DNA from: Glycera tridactyla
Lineage: Eukaryota
NCBI GenBank assembly: GCA_965644265.1
Contig: OZ286465.1
Coordinates: forward strand, 21,824,001-21,888,000
Reading direction: 5' to 3'
DNA: 64,000 nt
Part shown: in pieces, positions 23,511 to 35,800 of the stretch
How positions within the stretch are numbered: the stretch's first letter is position 1
How the letters are laid out: every line of letters starts with the position of its first letter
Program-made: the position numbers and the translations under genes
The notes under the pieces: generated by a model
Seen by the model: the letters and a program-made list of their open reading frames with translations, nothing else
Databases searched by the model: none
What the model was told of the DNA's origin: nothing

Positions 23511-25560
23511 CTCTGTTTGTGAAGAAGTGCTTCCTTATATTTGTGCGGCTGTACTGATGGCTCAACTTCAGGTCATTTCCCCTGGTGGTTATTGTTGTGC
23601 TAGGCGAATGAAGATTCAGAATCTGCGGCAGGGAGTGGTCATACTTGTGGAGGAGTTTCCATGTCTCGATGATATCTCCTCGTAGTCTACGGAACCTCAG
23701 TGATGGTAGGGCCAGTTTCTGTAGCCGTTCCTCGTATGATAGATTCTTGAAGCCTGGTAGCTGTTTGGTGGCTCTACGCTGGACATTTTCAATCAGGGTG
23801 ATGTCTTTCAGTAGATGAGGGTTCCATATGGGGGCAGCATACTCGAGGTGGGGCCTCACGAAGGCTTTGAACAATAGTAGGAAGGTTTGTTGGTCAAGGT
23901 GAATGAATGTTCTCCTGATCATGCCTGCCATCCTGTTGGCTTTGTTTACCCGGGTGTTGATATCAAGTCGGAACTTTAGATCAGAGTCGATTGTTACTCC
24001 TACATCTTTCTCCGATGTTACGACTTCGAGATTGGTGTCCCCGCTGTCCAAGGTGTAGATCGGTTCAATGTCTGTAGTACCTATGCGTAGTATTTTGCAC
24101 TTGGTGAGGTTGAAACGGAGTAGCCAGATTTGTGTCCAGTCAGAGAGCGAGTGTATGTCATCTTGGAAGCTCTGGTGGTCGTCTTCATTACCTATCGTAG
24201 CCCAGGTTTTGGTGTCGTCGGCAAAGAGATACGTGTCTGACTTTGTGCAGTTGGGAAGGTCATTTATGATGATGACGAAGAGTAGGGGTCCGAGTACGGA
24301 GCCTTGCGGGACCCCGCTGGTGACTGGTCTCCATGTTGAATGAGTACCATTTATTACCATGCGTTGCTGGCGCCCAGAGAGGAAGTTTTGGATCCAACCT
24401 AAGACATCATCTTCAGAGTAGGGGTCCGAGTACGGAGCCTTGCGGGACCCCGCTGGTGACTGGTCTCCATGTTGAATGAGTACCATTTATTACCATGCGT
24501 TGCTGGCGCCCAGAGAGGAAGTTTTGGATCCAACCTAAGACATCATCTTCAATCCCGTAGCTTCTTGCCTTCAGCATTAGTCTTCTATGGGGTACTTTGT
24601 CGAACGCCTTCATGAAGTCCATATAGGCCACATTGATGCAGTCTCCATTGTCAAGGATAGCGGTCCATTTCTCTAGGGCATGTAGTAGTTGTAGAACAGT
24701 AGAGCGTCCTTGGATGAAGCCAAATTGGTATGGTGAGAATAGCGGTTTCATGTGGTCGTTCAGATGATCTCGTACGATAGATTCCATGATCTTGCACAGG
24801 ATACATGTGAGGCTTATGGGGCGGTAGTTCCCTGGATCATGTTTGTTGCCTTTTTTGAAGATAGCCGTGACGTTTGCATTCTTCCATATTTTTGGTAGGG
24901 TTTGCTGTTTCATACTCCTGTTGAACAGGGATGACAGTGGTTCTGCCAGTTCATTTCTGAGCTCATGGAGAATTGCTGGTGAAATGAAGTCAGGCCCTGG
25001 GCCCTTGGTAGGATCCAGGTTCTTCAGTTTCTTCAAAACTCCTTCCTTGGTAATTGATAACTGGTGCAGTGTGTTGTCGACTCTTGGGTCTATCTCGACA
25101 GTGGGGCAGTCAGGAGGTTCCTCTGTGAAGACCCCTGAGAAAAAGTCAGCAAGGGCTTCTGTCTTATCGGCATCTGTAGCGGCTATCTTTGTCTTCCCGT
25201 GCTGATCAGTGGAGTGCAGTTCGGAGATTCTTTCCCTTGTTTTGGTCTTGGCACTGACATAGGACCAAAATCGTTTGGGATTTGCCTTTGCTGCCTTCGC
25301 TATGTCCTTCTCGGTTGCTTTCTGGGCTTTGCGAGTCAGTTTCCTAATTTTATTCCTGATTCTCACGTAATCAAGGTACTTCTGGCCGCATCTTGTTTCC
25401 AGGAATCGTTGCCATGCTCGGTGCTTCTTTTTTATTGTCCGGGTTGTAGGTGTGTCTATGTTAGGAGCTCTCCTTTTCTGGGGGCCTGAGATGACTCTGG
25501 AGGGAATGTGCTTCTTTTGGAGACCTGCATTATCTTTTGGAGACCTGCATTATCAGTGAT
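23511..25560 (-). mobile_element. CR1/L2-group LINE, 5'-truncated ORF2 (RT), frameshifted by a 136-bp tandem duplication
   Basis: PGNYRPISLT, YMDFMKAFDKVPH, SGVPQGSVLGPLLF, LFADDTK, FVRPHLEYA, RLRGDIIE..K, RKHFFTNRV; continues at 16550. Confidence 0.93.
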
Positions 25561-25719
25561 CATGTATTGGTCTGCGGCATATATCAAAATATTATCATAC
25601 TTGAATGCGGTTCCAATTCAGAAGTTTTTATGCCCACTCTACTATATCACAAAACCTTGTAATGGCAGGGATAGCAAACAAGGGACTAGATAAAGTCCTT
25701 GCTGGGTGTAAGTTTGATG

Positions 25720-26950
25720 AATGAGTGTGCAGTAGGTAGTGCTGAGCTGTGAGACAGCAGGGGCAAGTGTGCAGTGGGGGGGGGGGGGGGGGTCCTCAGC
25801 TGTGAAACAGCAGGGGTAAAGGTGCAATAGGTAGGGGTTGAGCTGTGAGACAGCAGGGTAAGTGTGTAGTGCTGTGCTGTGAGACAGGAGGGGTTAGTGT
25901 GCAGTATGTAGGGGTTGAGCAGGAGATAGCAGGGGTAAGTGTGCAGTAGGTAGTTGTTGAGCTATGGGACAGCAGGGGTAAGTGTGTAGTAGGTAGGGCT
26001 GGGCTGTAAAGCAGCGGGGGTAAGTGTGCAGTAGGTGTGGTGCTGGTCTATGGGACAGCGGGGGTAAGTGTGTAGTAGGTAGGGCTGGGCTGTAAAGCAG
26101 CGGGGTTAAGTGTGCAGTAGGTAGGGCTGAGCTGTAAAGCAGTGGAGGTAGGTGTGCAGTAGGTAGTGGTTGAGCTATGGGACAGCAGGGGTAAGTGTGC
26201 AGTAGGTAAGGCTGGGCTGTAAAGCAGCGGGGGTAAGTGTGCAGTAGGTAGTGGTTGAGCTGTAAAGCAGCGGGGGTAAGTGTGCAGTAGGTAGGGCTGA
26301 GCTGTAAAGCAGTGAGGGTAAGTGTGCAGTAGGTGTGGTGCTGGGTTATGGGACAGCAGGGGTAAGTGTGATGTTGGCAGGGTGAACTTTGAGACAGCAG
26401 GGGTAAGTGTGCAGTAGGTAGGGGTTGATCTATGAGACAGCAAGAGTGAGTGTGCAGTAGTTGGTGTGAATTGTGAGACAACAGGTGTAAGTGTGCAATA
26501 GGTAGGGCTGAGCTGAGACAGCAGGGGTAGTTGTGCAGTAGGTAGGGGTTGGGCTGAGACAGCAGGGGTGAGTGTGGAGTAGGTAGGGGTTGAGCTATGA
26601 GACAGCAAGGGTGAGTGTGCAGTAGTTGGGGTGAATTGCCAGACAGCAGAGAATTAAAGGGCTGAGCTGTGGGACAGCAGGGGTAAGGGTGCAATACATG
26701 TAGTAAGGGTTGAGTTATCATACAGCAGCGTTATGTGTGAAGTAGGTGAGGTGCTGAGCTGCGAGACAGCAGGGGTAAATGTGCAGGGGGGGGGGGGGGT
26801 GTTCAGTTGTGAGACTGCATGGGCGATTGAGTGCACTAGGTTGGTGTGTTTGTGTGTGTGTGTGAGGGGGGTGGGGGGTGGGGGGTTGCTGGGCTGTGAG
26901 ACAACAGGGGCGAGTGTGCAGTGGGTTTGGGTGCTGAGCTGTGAGGATGA
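25720..26950. repeat. ~43-bp minisatellite (GAGCTGTAAAGCAGCGGGGGTAAGTGTGCAGTAGGTAGTGGTT-like)
   Basis: About 25-28 degenerate units; source of the spurious low-complexity ORFs. Confidence 0.9.
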
Positions 26951-28939
26951 TGGCTTCAGATCTACTTGGGGTAGGGGAAATATGATGGAGAGGGTACCAA
27001 TTTCAAAATACAGCGATTGAGCTGGCAAACATTCATGGTGAGAGGTTTCGCCTCCATACAGAAATATGTTTCAGTTTTCTATGTTTGAATTTTGAGTCTG
27101 ATTTGAGGGTGATGGGGTGCCAGATGATTCATTTGTATGTACCGTAATTTGAGATATGATTGTCCCAATTCTTTTCTCTCTCTATTTTTGAATGGAAAAG
27201 CCCTAGGTCTAAATTTAATTTTTTTCTTCAATCAGCCGATCATGTGACCATAAATCTTTATCATCCGATCAAGAGTCTAGTGGGTGTTTTCACGTCGCCT
27301 ACCCTTCCACCTCGCTGCCATGGTTTTATTCGTCATCGTAAACCACATGTACGGTACGCCCACTCAAAAATTCGCGTTAGTCACGTGACACGTTGATTCG
27401 GCAGCAAAACAATCGAGGTCAGGGGTCAACTGGCAGTGATGCGTGTTCGATTGTCGCGTCACGGCAATAAACAGACCCTACCTATTGCTGTTTGAGGCTG
27501 CTAACGTATGTATTTTCACTCAAAAATCATGGTAAACTGCATAATAGATGGATATATCGGATGATAAGTCCAGAATGCTACTCGTGCTGGGTACGTGGAT
27601 ACCGTAAAAGCCTCGTATCGATCCCCGGGGAGGCGCTTCCCCGGGGATCGCTACTCGCCTATTACGGTCTCCCCGTACCCGGCACTCATTGCATTCTTTC
27701 TGATTCTTGCATCCTCAGCAGGGTATTAGCCAGCCATATGTCCAGCTGTCATTTGGACCCCCTATCTTGATATTGGATGGCCTCTTAAATCAAGAGGGTG
27801 CCCAGTAGGGCGTCCATTAATCCCCTTAGTCAATACTATGACAGTAGTACTAGAAACAATGCCAGTTGCTCTCCAGGGCATCAAATTTGGTAATCAAACA
27901 CAAGACAGTTAATCCCTGCCTAATTAGTCAGGGAGTAATCACTTGCTCATTACCTTCCACCTCAAATTTTGTGTAGGTACTAGCCAGTGGTCATCCCAGC
28001 CTCATTGAGGTAATCATACTGCTACCTTATAGCCTGCTCACAAATATTCTGATCTGTTTTCATTGCCAAAAATGCTTGATTACATCACTGCCACTATAAA
28101 GCCTGATTGATTTATTGGCATTACTACAGTCACGATTCAGCTTTAGAATATAAAATTGTGTTCTATAACAGAACAGATTCATATAATGGATCAAGACCAG
28201 TGCTTGATGATGAATTGCAGCATTTCAGATATTTCCTGTCTTCAAGTGAAGCTCAAATTTTGAAAATGACTAAGAGACAGCTAGCAATGATTCCTGTGAT
28301 AGAAAAACTAAGTTGAATGAAGGTCATTTATAAATCAATATAAGATATCTAGGAAAGCATTGTAATATTATTTCAGGGCATGCTGAAACTACCCATCCTC
28401 GTTATTTTTCTAATTTTTCGGAAAATGTCGTCCATGCTAATTTTCTAGCTTTGGGAAATATTTGGACTCCCTGTTTTGGCTGGCTGGCTAACATCGACCC
28501 TGATCCTCAGAGCTTGGTGATCCTAGAGCGTGCAGACTCACATATTTTGTTTAGTGATGCAGGGGGAGTAAAAATTGTGTGTATTCCAAGCGCTGTTGGA
28601 TGAATTGGAAAGGAGTCATGTTTTCTTCAATCTTGGCTGGGCCGCCAGGTCTCCCTTCTTAATGCATCAAAAATTCAAAAAAGTGCCAAAATCCTGACCT
28701 GGTATCTCACTGATGGCCTACCCAACTCTGTTGTGGTTCTTCATGGTTCGCTGTGGTTGATTGATTGATTGGTTTTTGTTTAACGTCCTTTCAACACCAA
28801 ATGGGTCATATCGGACTAAAGTGTTCTATTGTACTATGGACTTACTCGTCTATACAAAATTATTGTATTCAGGAAGTAATGTGTGGAAATGAACATTGGG
28901 TTGAAAAATAAATAATCAATGTATTTTTTTTCTTTTCAA

Positions 28940-29110
28940 ATTTTTCTCAATAAAAATAAACTATTAGCTGAAGGAAGGAACACTGTTCCGGGAAAAATCC
29001 CCTACTCTTTTCGAAAAGCAACAGTGGATCTTTTACGTGCTTGTGGCATAGACACATACTCACACGGCCGGCCTTTGATTCCCAGTCAGCATGCACTGAG
29101 CAAGCATGCT
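28940..29110 (-). mobile_element. SINE fragment with a Deu/Meta-like central domain
   Basis: Minus strand CACGTAAAAGATCCAC...CTTTTCGAAAAGAGTAGGGG...CCCGG resembles the conserved domain of DeuSINE/MetaSINE superfamilies (from memory). Confidence 0.5.
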
Positions 29111-29116
29111 CACAAT

Positions 29117-29317
29117 TCATATCCTTCGAAAAAGCCCGATGTCTTCAAGAAAATCAAATATGTTTTGGATGTTGGCATTCTCAAATAACTCTTTCATGTC
29201 TTGAAGATCATAATGGGTGATTCTTGTCTGTGCAAAGTCTGCACATTCAAGTTCTGTGGATGTGGTCATGGTGCTGGATCGGTGTGGTATCATCTTTAAT
29301 CTCGGGATTCCATTCAT
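29117..29317 (-). mobile_element. Degenerate 3' end of a LINE ORF2 (I/Nimb-like)
   Basis: ECADFAQTR...MKELFENANIQNIFDFLEDIGLFRRI* resembles the C-terminus of I-group ORF2. Confidence 0.6.
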
Positions 29318-29372
29318 TTAGTCTAGTTTATATTGTATCTTTTGTGATTGTAAATTTTTGCTTGTTCTTCAG

Positions 29373-31787
29373 AAATTGAAGGAGAAAATTCGCAGTATAC
29401 ACACCTACTCCAAGTCATCAGGGGTGACGTCCCAACAACAGACGAGATCGTCAAATTCGTCGATACAGCAGAAGCACCCGTCAGACCCACCCCAGAAACG
29501 GTCCAAGAAAGAATTCCACAGCTACGCAAAGACATGGACGGAGAATCCAAAGTTCGAGGAGGCTTCGTTACCGCCGGATGTGGAAGTTGACATCGAGATA
29601 TGCGAGGAGTTGGAGGCGGAGAGCGATCAGGACGAGCAGAGCATGATCATCGACGATCTCCAGCTGCAGCAACAGCTGGCGGAATCTTCAGGAAGACCGT
29701 CCCGCTCTCGTAAACTTCGACAACTGCGTGGCGCCAAATTCCAGGTATACATCCAACACCATTCCGTCATTAAACAAAGAATATGATTGTTTTAAAGATC
29801 CTTCCTTTTTCATGATTTTTCAAGCAAATATTTTGTATTTGATGATCATGTGAACTATGCAAGAAATTGCTGATTTTACAGGATTCCAGATTTTGGCCAA
29901 AAAATCACTCAACTTTCATTTCAGAGTGGTGTATTGGGTTCCTTACATGCAAACACGTCCATGCATCTCTGTATATCCAATTCTGTCTCTTGATAATTTA
30001 TGCATGAAATTGACATAATTTATTTGTTTCAGTCACTGCCACAGCCGCGCAATGAACATTGGTCGAAGGCTGAGAAGGACTGGTTGAAGAACATGGCTAG
30101 CTCGTACGGGGGTCGGTTGACTCCGAGCTTCTGGCAGAAGTGTGCCAATGGTCTCAATGCAAAGTTTTCCACCAAAAGAACAAGTAGGTTTCATCTGATT
30201 TGTTGTGCCATATTTCAGGCATAAATACACATGTACGCATGGTTGAACAGCATTTTATGAACATGCGAACTAAATTCTTGTCAAATCCAAACATTTCACG
30301 TGATAAATCTGCCATTTTTTGTCAGATCTGAGTTTTGATAGCACGAATGTATCATATAGGTCTTCCGGCGATTATTGAACCTGGTTTCGTGTAGTCTGTG
30401 TGCTTTTGAAGAGAATATGCCATCATTTCATTGCATTTTTTTGTCGAATCTGCCGGCATTATCCGCATTATTTGTATGTGAATCAATGGAGATACATCCG
30501 CAGCACTTTCCGCGGAACCAGCATGAAATTGACATATTTGGTGTTCTCTGGTGAAGTGTACCAGAGAACTTTGCCGAGATTACATTTCTATTGACCAGAG
30601 ATGTCAACATAGTTTGTCAGCATGTATTATATCAATCCGATTCAAAATTGCGGTCCTAGGGCGAAAAAATACCCGCCACGTTTGAACTTGACAGACTTCA
30701 CATTCTGAATAATGGTGCACATCATAAAATTGTTGTGAATTGATTTCCTGTCATGTGCTCGGTCAAGAAATTTGGTCAGATAAGTTGGCAACAGTTGAAC
30801 ACTGATTAATATATGATTGATGAAGGTATGGTGGTTTTTGTTGCAGTTAACAAGTGCCGTAACATGTATAGGAGGTTACAAGCAAATATTGCATGTGAAG
30901 CTTTAATGACCTTGAACCCAGGCGAAAAGTCTCAAGGTCACTCGCCATCGACTGGGTAAGGATTTTCATCTCAGTTCAGGTCTCGCCATCTCATTTATCT
31001 TCAATCAAGACAGCACCATGCTAAGGCCTGCCCAACTGGCAAAAACAGGCGAATTAATTTGTGAGGGCAGGTACCGAAAATATCGTCAGACTGCCTGCTC
31101 AATGGGCAGGTACCTAACCATCATTTAGTCTTGTGAAAATATGCAAAACTTGAGGTGGAAATGTTAGTGGGCAGCTCAAAATCCCATTTCGCCAGCCGGA
31201 AGGACAGCCTAAGAAATGTAAAGCTCTGATCAATCCACTCAAGCAGTGAAATGATCATGCTCACACAAGGTAGATGCATGTGTATGTATGAATGTCTGTC
31301 CCAATCTACCAAGCAATCCGTGAATATTGGAAGATTGAATGCATGATTTTTTGCTTTCAGGGTATGTACTCCCAGTACTTCAACATCCTGTGATAGCAGC
31401 AGCCAGTTGATATTCCATGGACGATTACCGAGCATCACAACGGCTGCTTCACCCACTTCCCACCAGGTGTCGTTGGCTACCAATGCGCCGGGTCACCACG
31501 CCAAACAGAACGTGCCTGCAAACATCGGCTCCGGCGTCCCCATCATCATCACTCCCGATGGTTCGTCAGAAGACGATCCCCCGCCCAACATCTCAATCGA
31601 GGAGAGTCACACTCTCATGCAGGCGGTACTATCGCTGTCATCCACGCAGATCGCTAACATCGCACTGCAAATCCCTGGCATCAAAATGGCGATTATCAAA
31701 CAGTTGAAAGACTCTGGCGGTGCGCGAACGGATGCGACAAGAGAGCTAGCGGACCATTCTTATGATTACCATTTGCCGCCATCTTGA
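29373..31787 (+). CDS. Myb/SANT-like DNA-binding protein. Exons 29373-29744, 30033-30183, 30847-30955, 31361-31787 (stop); ~360 aa with the tentative first exon
   Basis: GT-AG junctions with phases 0,1,2 all consistent. The spliced domain HWSKAEKDWLKNM...FWQKCANGLNAKFSTKRT|INKCRNMYRRL has Myb/SANT-like helix spacing. Confidence 0.8.
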
Positions 31788-31921
31788 GAATGATTTCCGT
31801 CTAGTTGTTTTTCCTCCCCATGTCTTCCGTGCACATTCTCATAGAGGAGTGTGTATCTGCTGCATTATAATATTGGATGGGTTGGGGATTTTTCGTCTTA
31901 AAACACATTGATCTGATGTAA

Positions 31922-32867
31922 GGGCTATTCCATTTGAAAAGGGGTGAGGGGCCGGTCAGGAAAAATTTTGAACCTCACCCACCCCCGCTTTTTGATTATT
32001 CTGACCCTCCCTCAACCCTGCTTTTTAATTTTTCACCTCCAGTTTCGAATGCGACCCTCCCCCTCCCCCTGCTTTTCGAAAACAAGACTGAGAGATGACA
32101 AATACGTCGAATTTCTTGATAATTGACATAATTCTGATGGATATTTGCAATTTCCAAGAAGTACTCAGAATCTGACAGCATTTTAATCCAAGAATCCATG
32201 ATTAACGAAAAAATTCGAATCGAATTAGCATCCTGGCGGCCTACGTGCTCAACACGTGTTTCTGGAATAATTCGACCCGCCATCTCGTGCTCGGTGGCTA
32301 CAACTCCCGGTTTCGCCGGTAGATGGCGGGGCGAATCCGACAGCGCCCGTGATACTCAGTAGACGTGACCACCAGCATACCAAACGATTTCCGCTTCCGC
32401 TCATCGATATTCGTTGTATTCTCTTATGATTTATATTTTTCTGTCACCTATTTGCCATCTATGAGAAGAAACCGCCATTTTCTTGCATTATTCGTGTACC
32501 TTTCGAAAAAGTTGATGCAGTTTTTCTATTCATTGTGCTTGTGACATCTAGTAACCAAGATGGCGGCGCCCATGATGAACACGAGCCAGGTCAAACAGAC
32601 TGCAATATATTGACTAATAGTTGCCGGATTTGGTGTTTTAGGTCGCTTTTCAACACGAAAGTTCTGATTTCCGGCCCTCCCCCACTTTTTGATTTTTCGA
32701 TCATCACACACCCCCGCTTTCCGATTTTCCCCTAATATCGTCCCCCCGCATTTGATTTTTCAGACGCCCCACCCCCGCTTTCGATTTTTCAGAGACCCCC
32801 CCCCCCCCCCCCCGCTTTTTTTTTCGCTTCCAGACCGCCCCCCCCATCTTAATAAATGGAATAGCCC
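31922..32867. mobile_element. PIF/Harbinger-like non-autonomous element
   Basis: TIR GGGCTATTCCATTT / AAATGGAATAGCCC; TAA at 31919-31921 and 32868-32870. Confidence 0.8.
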
Positions 32868-35800
32868 TAAGATAAAAACTCTTGGTCACTACAATATTTC
32901 AATGTTTCAACTGTTTCAGTGGTGATGTTCTAGCAGGAACTATAAGCCACTTGTGACAATTACCACCTACCCATGAGTCAGTGAATAGTCAGGAATTTAT
33001 AGAAATTGAATTCAGTAAATTAAATTCTTGTCTGTAATTTTGGGCATTCAGGATGAAAGTCGTAAAAATTCAGGAAAAATCTACAGGTACAGTGAAACCT
33101 GAAATCTGACCTCTGGACAGACCACCGTGAACTGGAGACAGCTTTTTTGGGGGCAGCTCTCGTATTTACATGTACCTCCTTCGAGAACAAACATGACAAT
33201 TCACGATCACATCATCACTGGAAGAGGAGGTTTGTATTCAGTGACATCGACTTCTTTCAATGTTCCCATAGGTATCTTTTTTAACAATATTTTTTTGATT
33301 GAGAAATCTTGGAAAAACTGAGGTGAATAAATATGCGGGATTGACTGTTGGTGAGTGTACAAGTCTGGTTGCAATGTGTGCATCTCAAGACCATTAACGA
33401 CTTGGAGTAATCTCTGTGAAAGGTGTCCTTCCTCGATTATATATTGTGAAATGACTGTGCCTGCCATTTCCTGCCAAACACTGATGTGATTGATCTGATG
33501 ATCTTTGGATTTCTATGTTTTTCAGGACGAATGAAGAAATGCTGTCAATAGGAGATCAGTGATTGAGATTTGTCCAAGAGTACAACCCTTCCCAATGAAG
33601 ATGTCATTTGAGATAATCTTCATAGAGAAATCTAGAGTGATGAAAGTTTCTGGTCAAATTTAGACTTGAGCTATCGGAGGAGGAAGTCCCATATTCAATA
33701 TGAGAATGATAGTTCATTCAATATTTTCCTTTTAAGTAGCTCGGATCATGATGTTAAAACATGTGTGTGCGCGCGTGTGTGTGTGTGTGTGCGTGCGTGC
33801 GCATGTGTGTGAGTTCTGCATTTGTATACGCGTACAACAACATATACAGTCAGGAAAACCTGCATTGAACTACTACTGCAGTTAAGCAACCTCCTACCGT
33901 AAAGTCACTTGCGGATTTGTCATTGGGTGTACTCTTTCAATATTATGATCCTATCTTGAGTAATCTCTTTCTGGCTTCCTGAGGGTGGTTAGCTAATACA
34001 AGTTTGACTGTATTCACATTTTGTGTGAGTGTTTGTGTGTCTGTGTGTGAGTGTGTCAGCAAGGTTTTGTTTTATTGCTTGTTTGTGTGTGCTTGGTCCT
34101 CCTCTTTACCCAGAACAACTTTCAAGAAAATCCGGTTTGGAATCTTGCAGAACAGGCCTCTGTGATTATATGGTACGTTTAACTTTAATATTTGTAATTG
34201 TTTAAGAAATGCTCAATCTCACTTTAGTGCATGGCACTTTGTCCATGAAATGCGTAAGTCCTGTGAGGGTGATGGTCATATGGATATCAGAGAAGTGATT
34301 ATTCCAAGGATTTCCGTGTTGTTGAAGAATAATGCATATGACAGACAAGAGCATTTCATGCTGATTATTTTGGATCATGAAAATTAGACCAGTTTTTCGT
34401 GGTGAGCCAGTGACATCCCTGAGATATTGATACATTAGGATCCCAACTACTAAAGCGATCTTTCCTACATCAGATAGATTGGATCGGATTTTGATGACGT
34501 TCAAAAGACATGTGTAGATCTCAACTGAGCAATCCTCGCAACCTCAGTCAGCCCCTCAGATGGACGACGCCGTTTCCAGGACGGCTTTTGCCAACATTGA
34601 ATGCAGTCTCTTGTCAGGTTCCACTGTACTTCCGAATTTCTGGGTCAATTTCTGATCGTAAGCTTGTACTCTCAAAGGCTGGCCTTGAGCATTCATTATT
34701 TACAAGGCATAAAGACCACCTGAGCTGCGACCGTGGTAGTATTTTCAACAGTAAATGACCTCTCTGTAAAGACCACCTGCCCATATAGACCGCTTTTTGT
34801 TGCGACAGAAGGCGGTCTTTATAGACAGGTTCGACTATATATATTGCAGCGATGTATCTGGCTTAAAAAAAGACTGGGCCGAGGTTCCACTCAGTGGGAA
34901 AACAGTGGGCCGATTTCAGGATTTGTGGGCCAAGGCATGCGTTGCGTGGCCAATAATAAAAAAAAAAGATAAAAACCTGTTGGCACATTTTGAGTTCGTT
35001 ATTTGCATACAACTTCCATTTTGTTTCAGGTGTGAAGAGGTTCATTCTTGCATCATGAATGTATGACAAAGTTGGAGATCGTACAAATTGCACGAGCTAA
35101 TATTGCTGGTTATACAGACGCCAATCTGCATTCAGCAAATATTCGTTGTAATTTAACAATTCCTTCTGTTCTAGGAAAAATGGTGCTTATCTGCTCATTT
35201 CAGGGATTTTTAATTGATCTGAAAAACGAGCTCTGATTAATCAGATCAGCAGCCAGAATAGTCGATTAAATCGATCTTTGCATCGCTCGGCGGAACACTA
35301 TTGGATAGAACATTATTTATCACAGTCTCTTTATTGTTAGAAGAGATTGCTCTCCACTGCTCTGTAACAGACTATAATCAGCCAAATTATCACATAAAAT
35401 CTCTATAGAGATGTGTCTCATTGTTACACAAAATGTTATCTGTGTGTAGAAGGCGTTTGGGATTTGTCTTTGTATGCAGTGTGGGATTTTGATTTGAGCA
35501 CTCACTTGGAATTCATCCAAAATATTCAAATTTACATTACATCAACTTGGAGAATATAATCTCAGGAAATTTTGTTCCAATTCTCAAGTCAAGGCTCTGC
35601 GGTATATGTCAAAAAGAAAATGGTGCCCAGATTTTGCTCCAATCAGGGTCTAAATCTGCAATATGGAGAGAGATTGTGGAGGCCATCTCATTGTACAAGT
35701 TTACAAATCTGATTTTATGAGGGAAACATGTATTTGGAGAGACAAAAGTTTGATGATTTCTGAATGAATGGTCTTCAATGAATCCTGCAGCATAGAGTAA

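Noticed and set aside
25894-26721. 275-aa and 186-aa ORFs; also the 12205-13572 and 53344-54669 ORFs
   Set aside because: Translations of mini- and satellite arrays.
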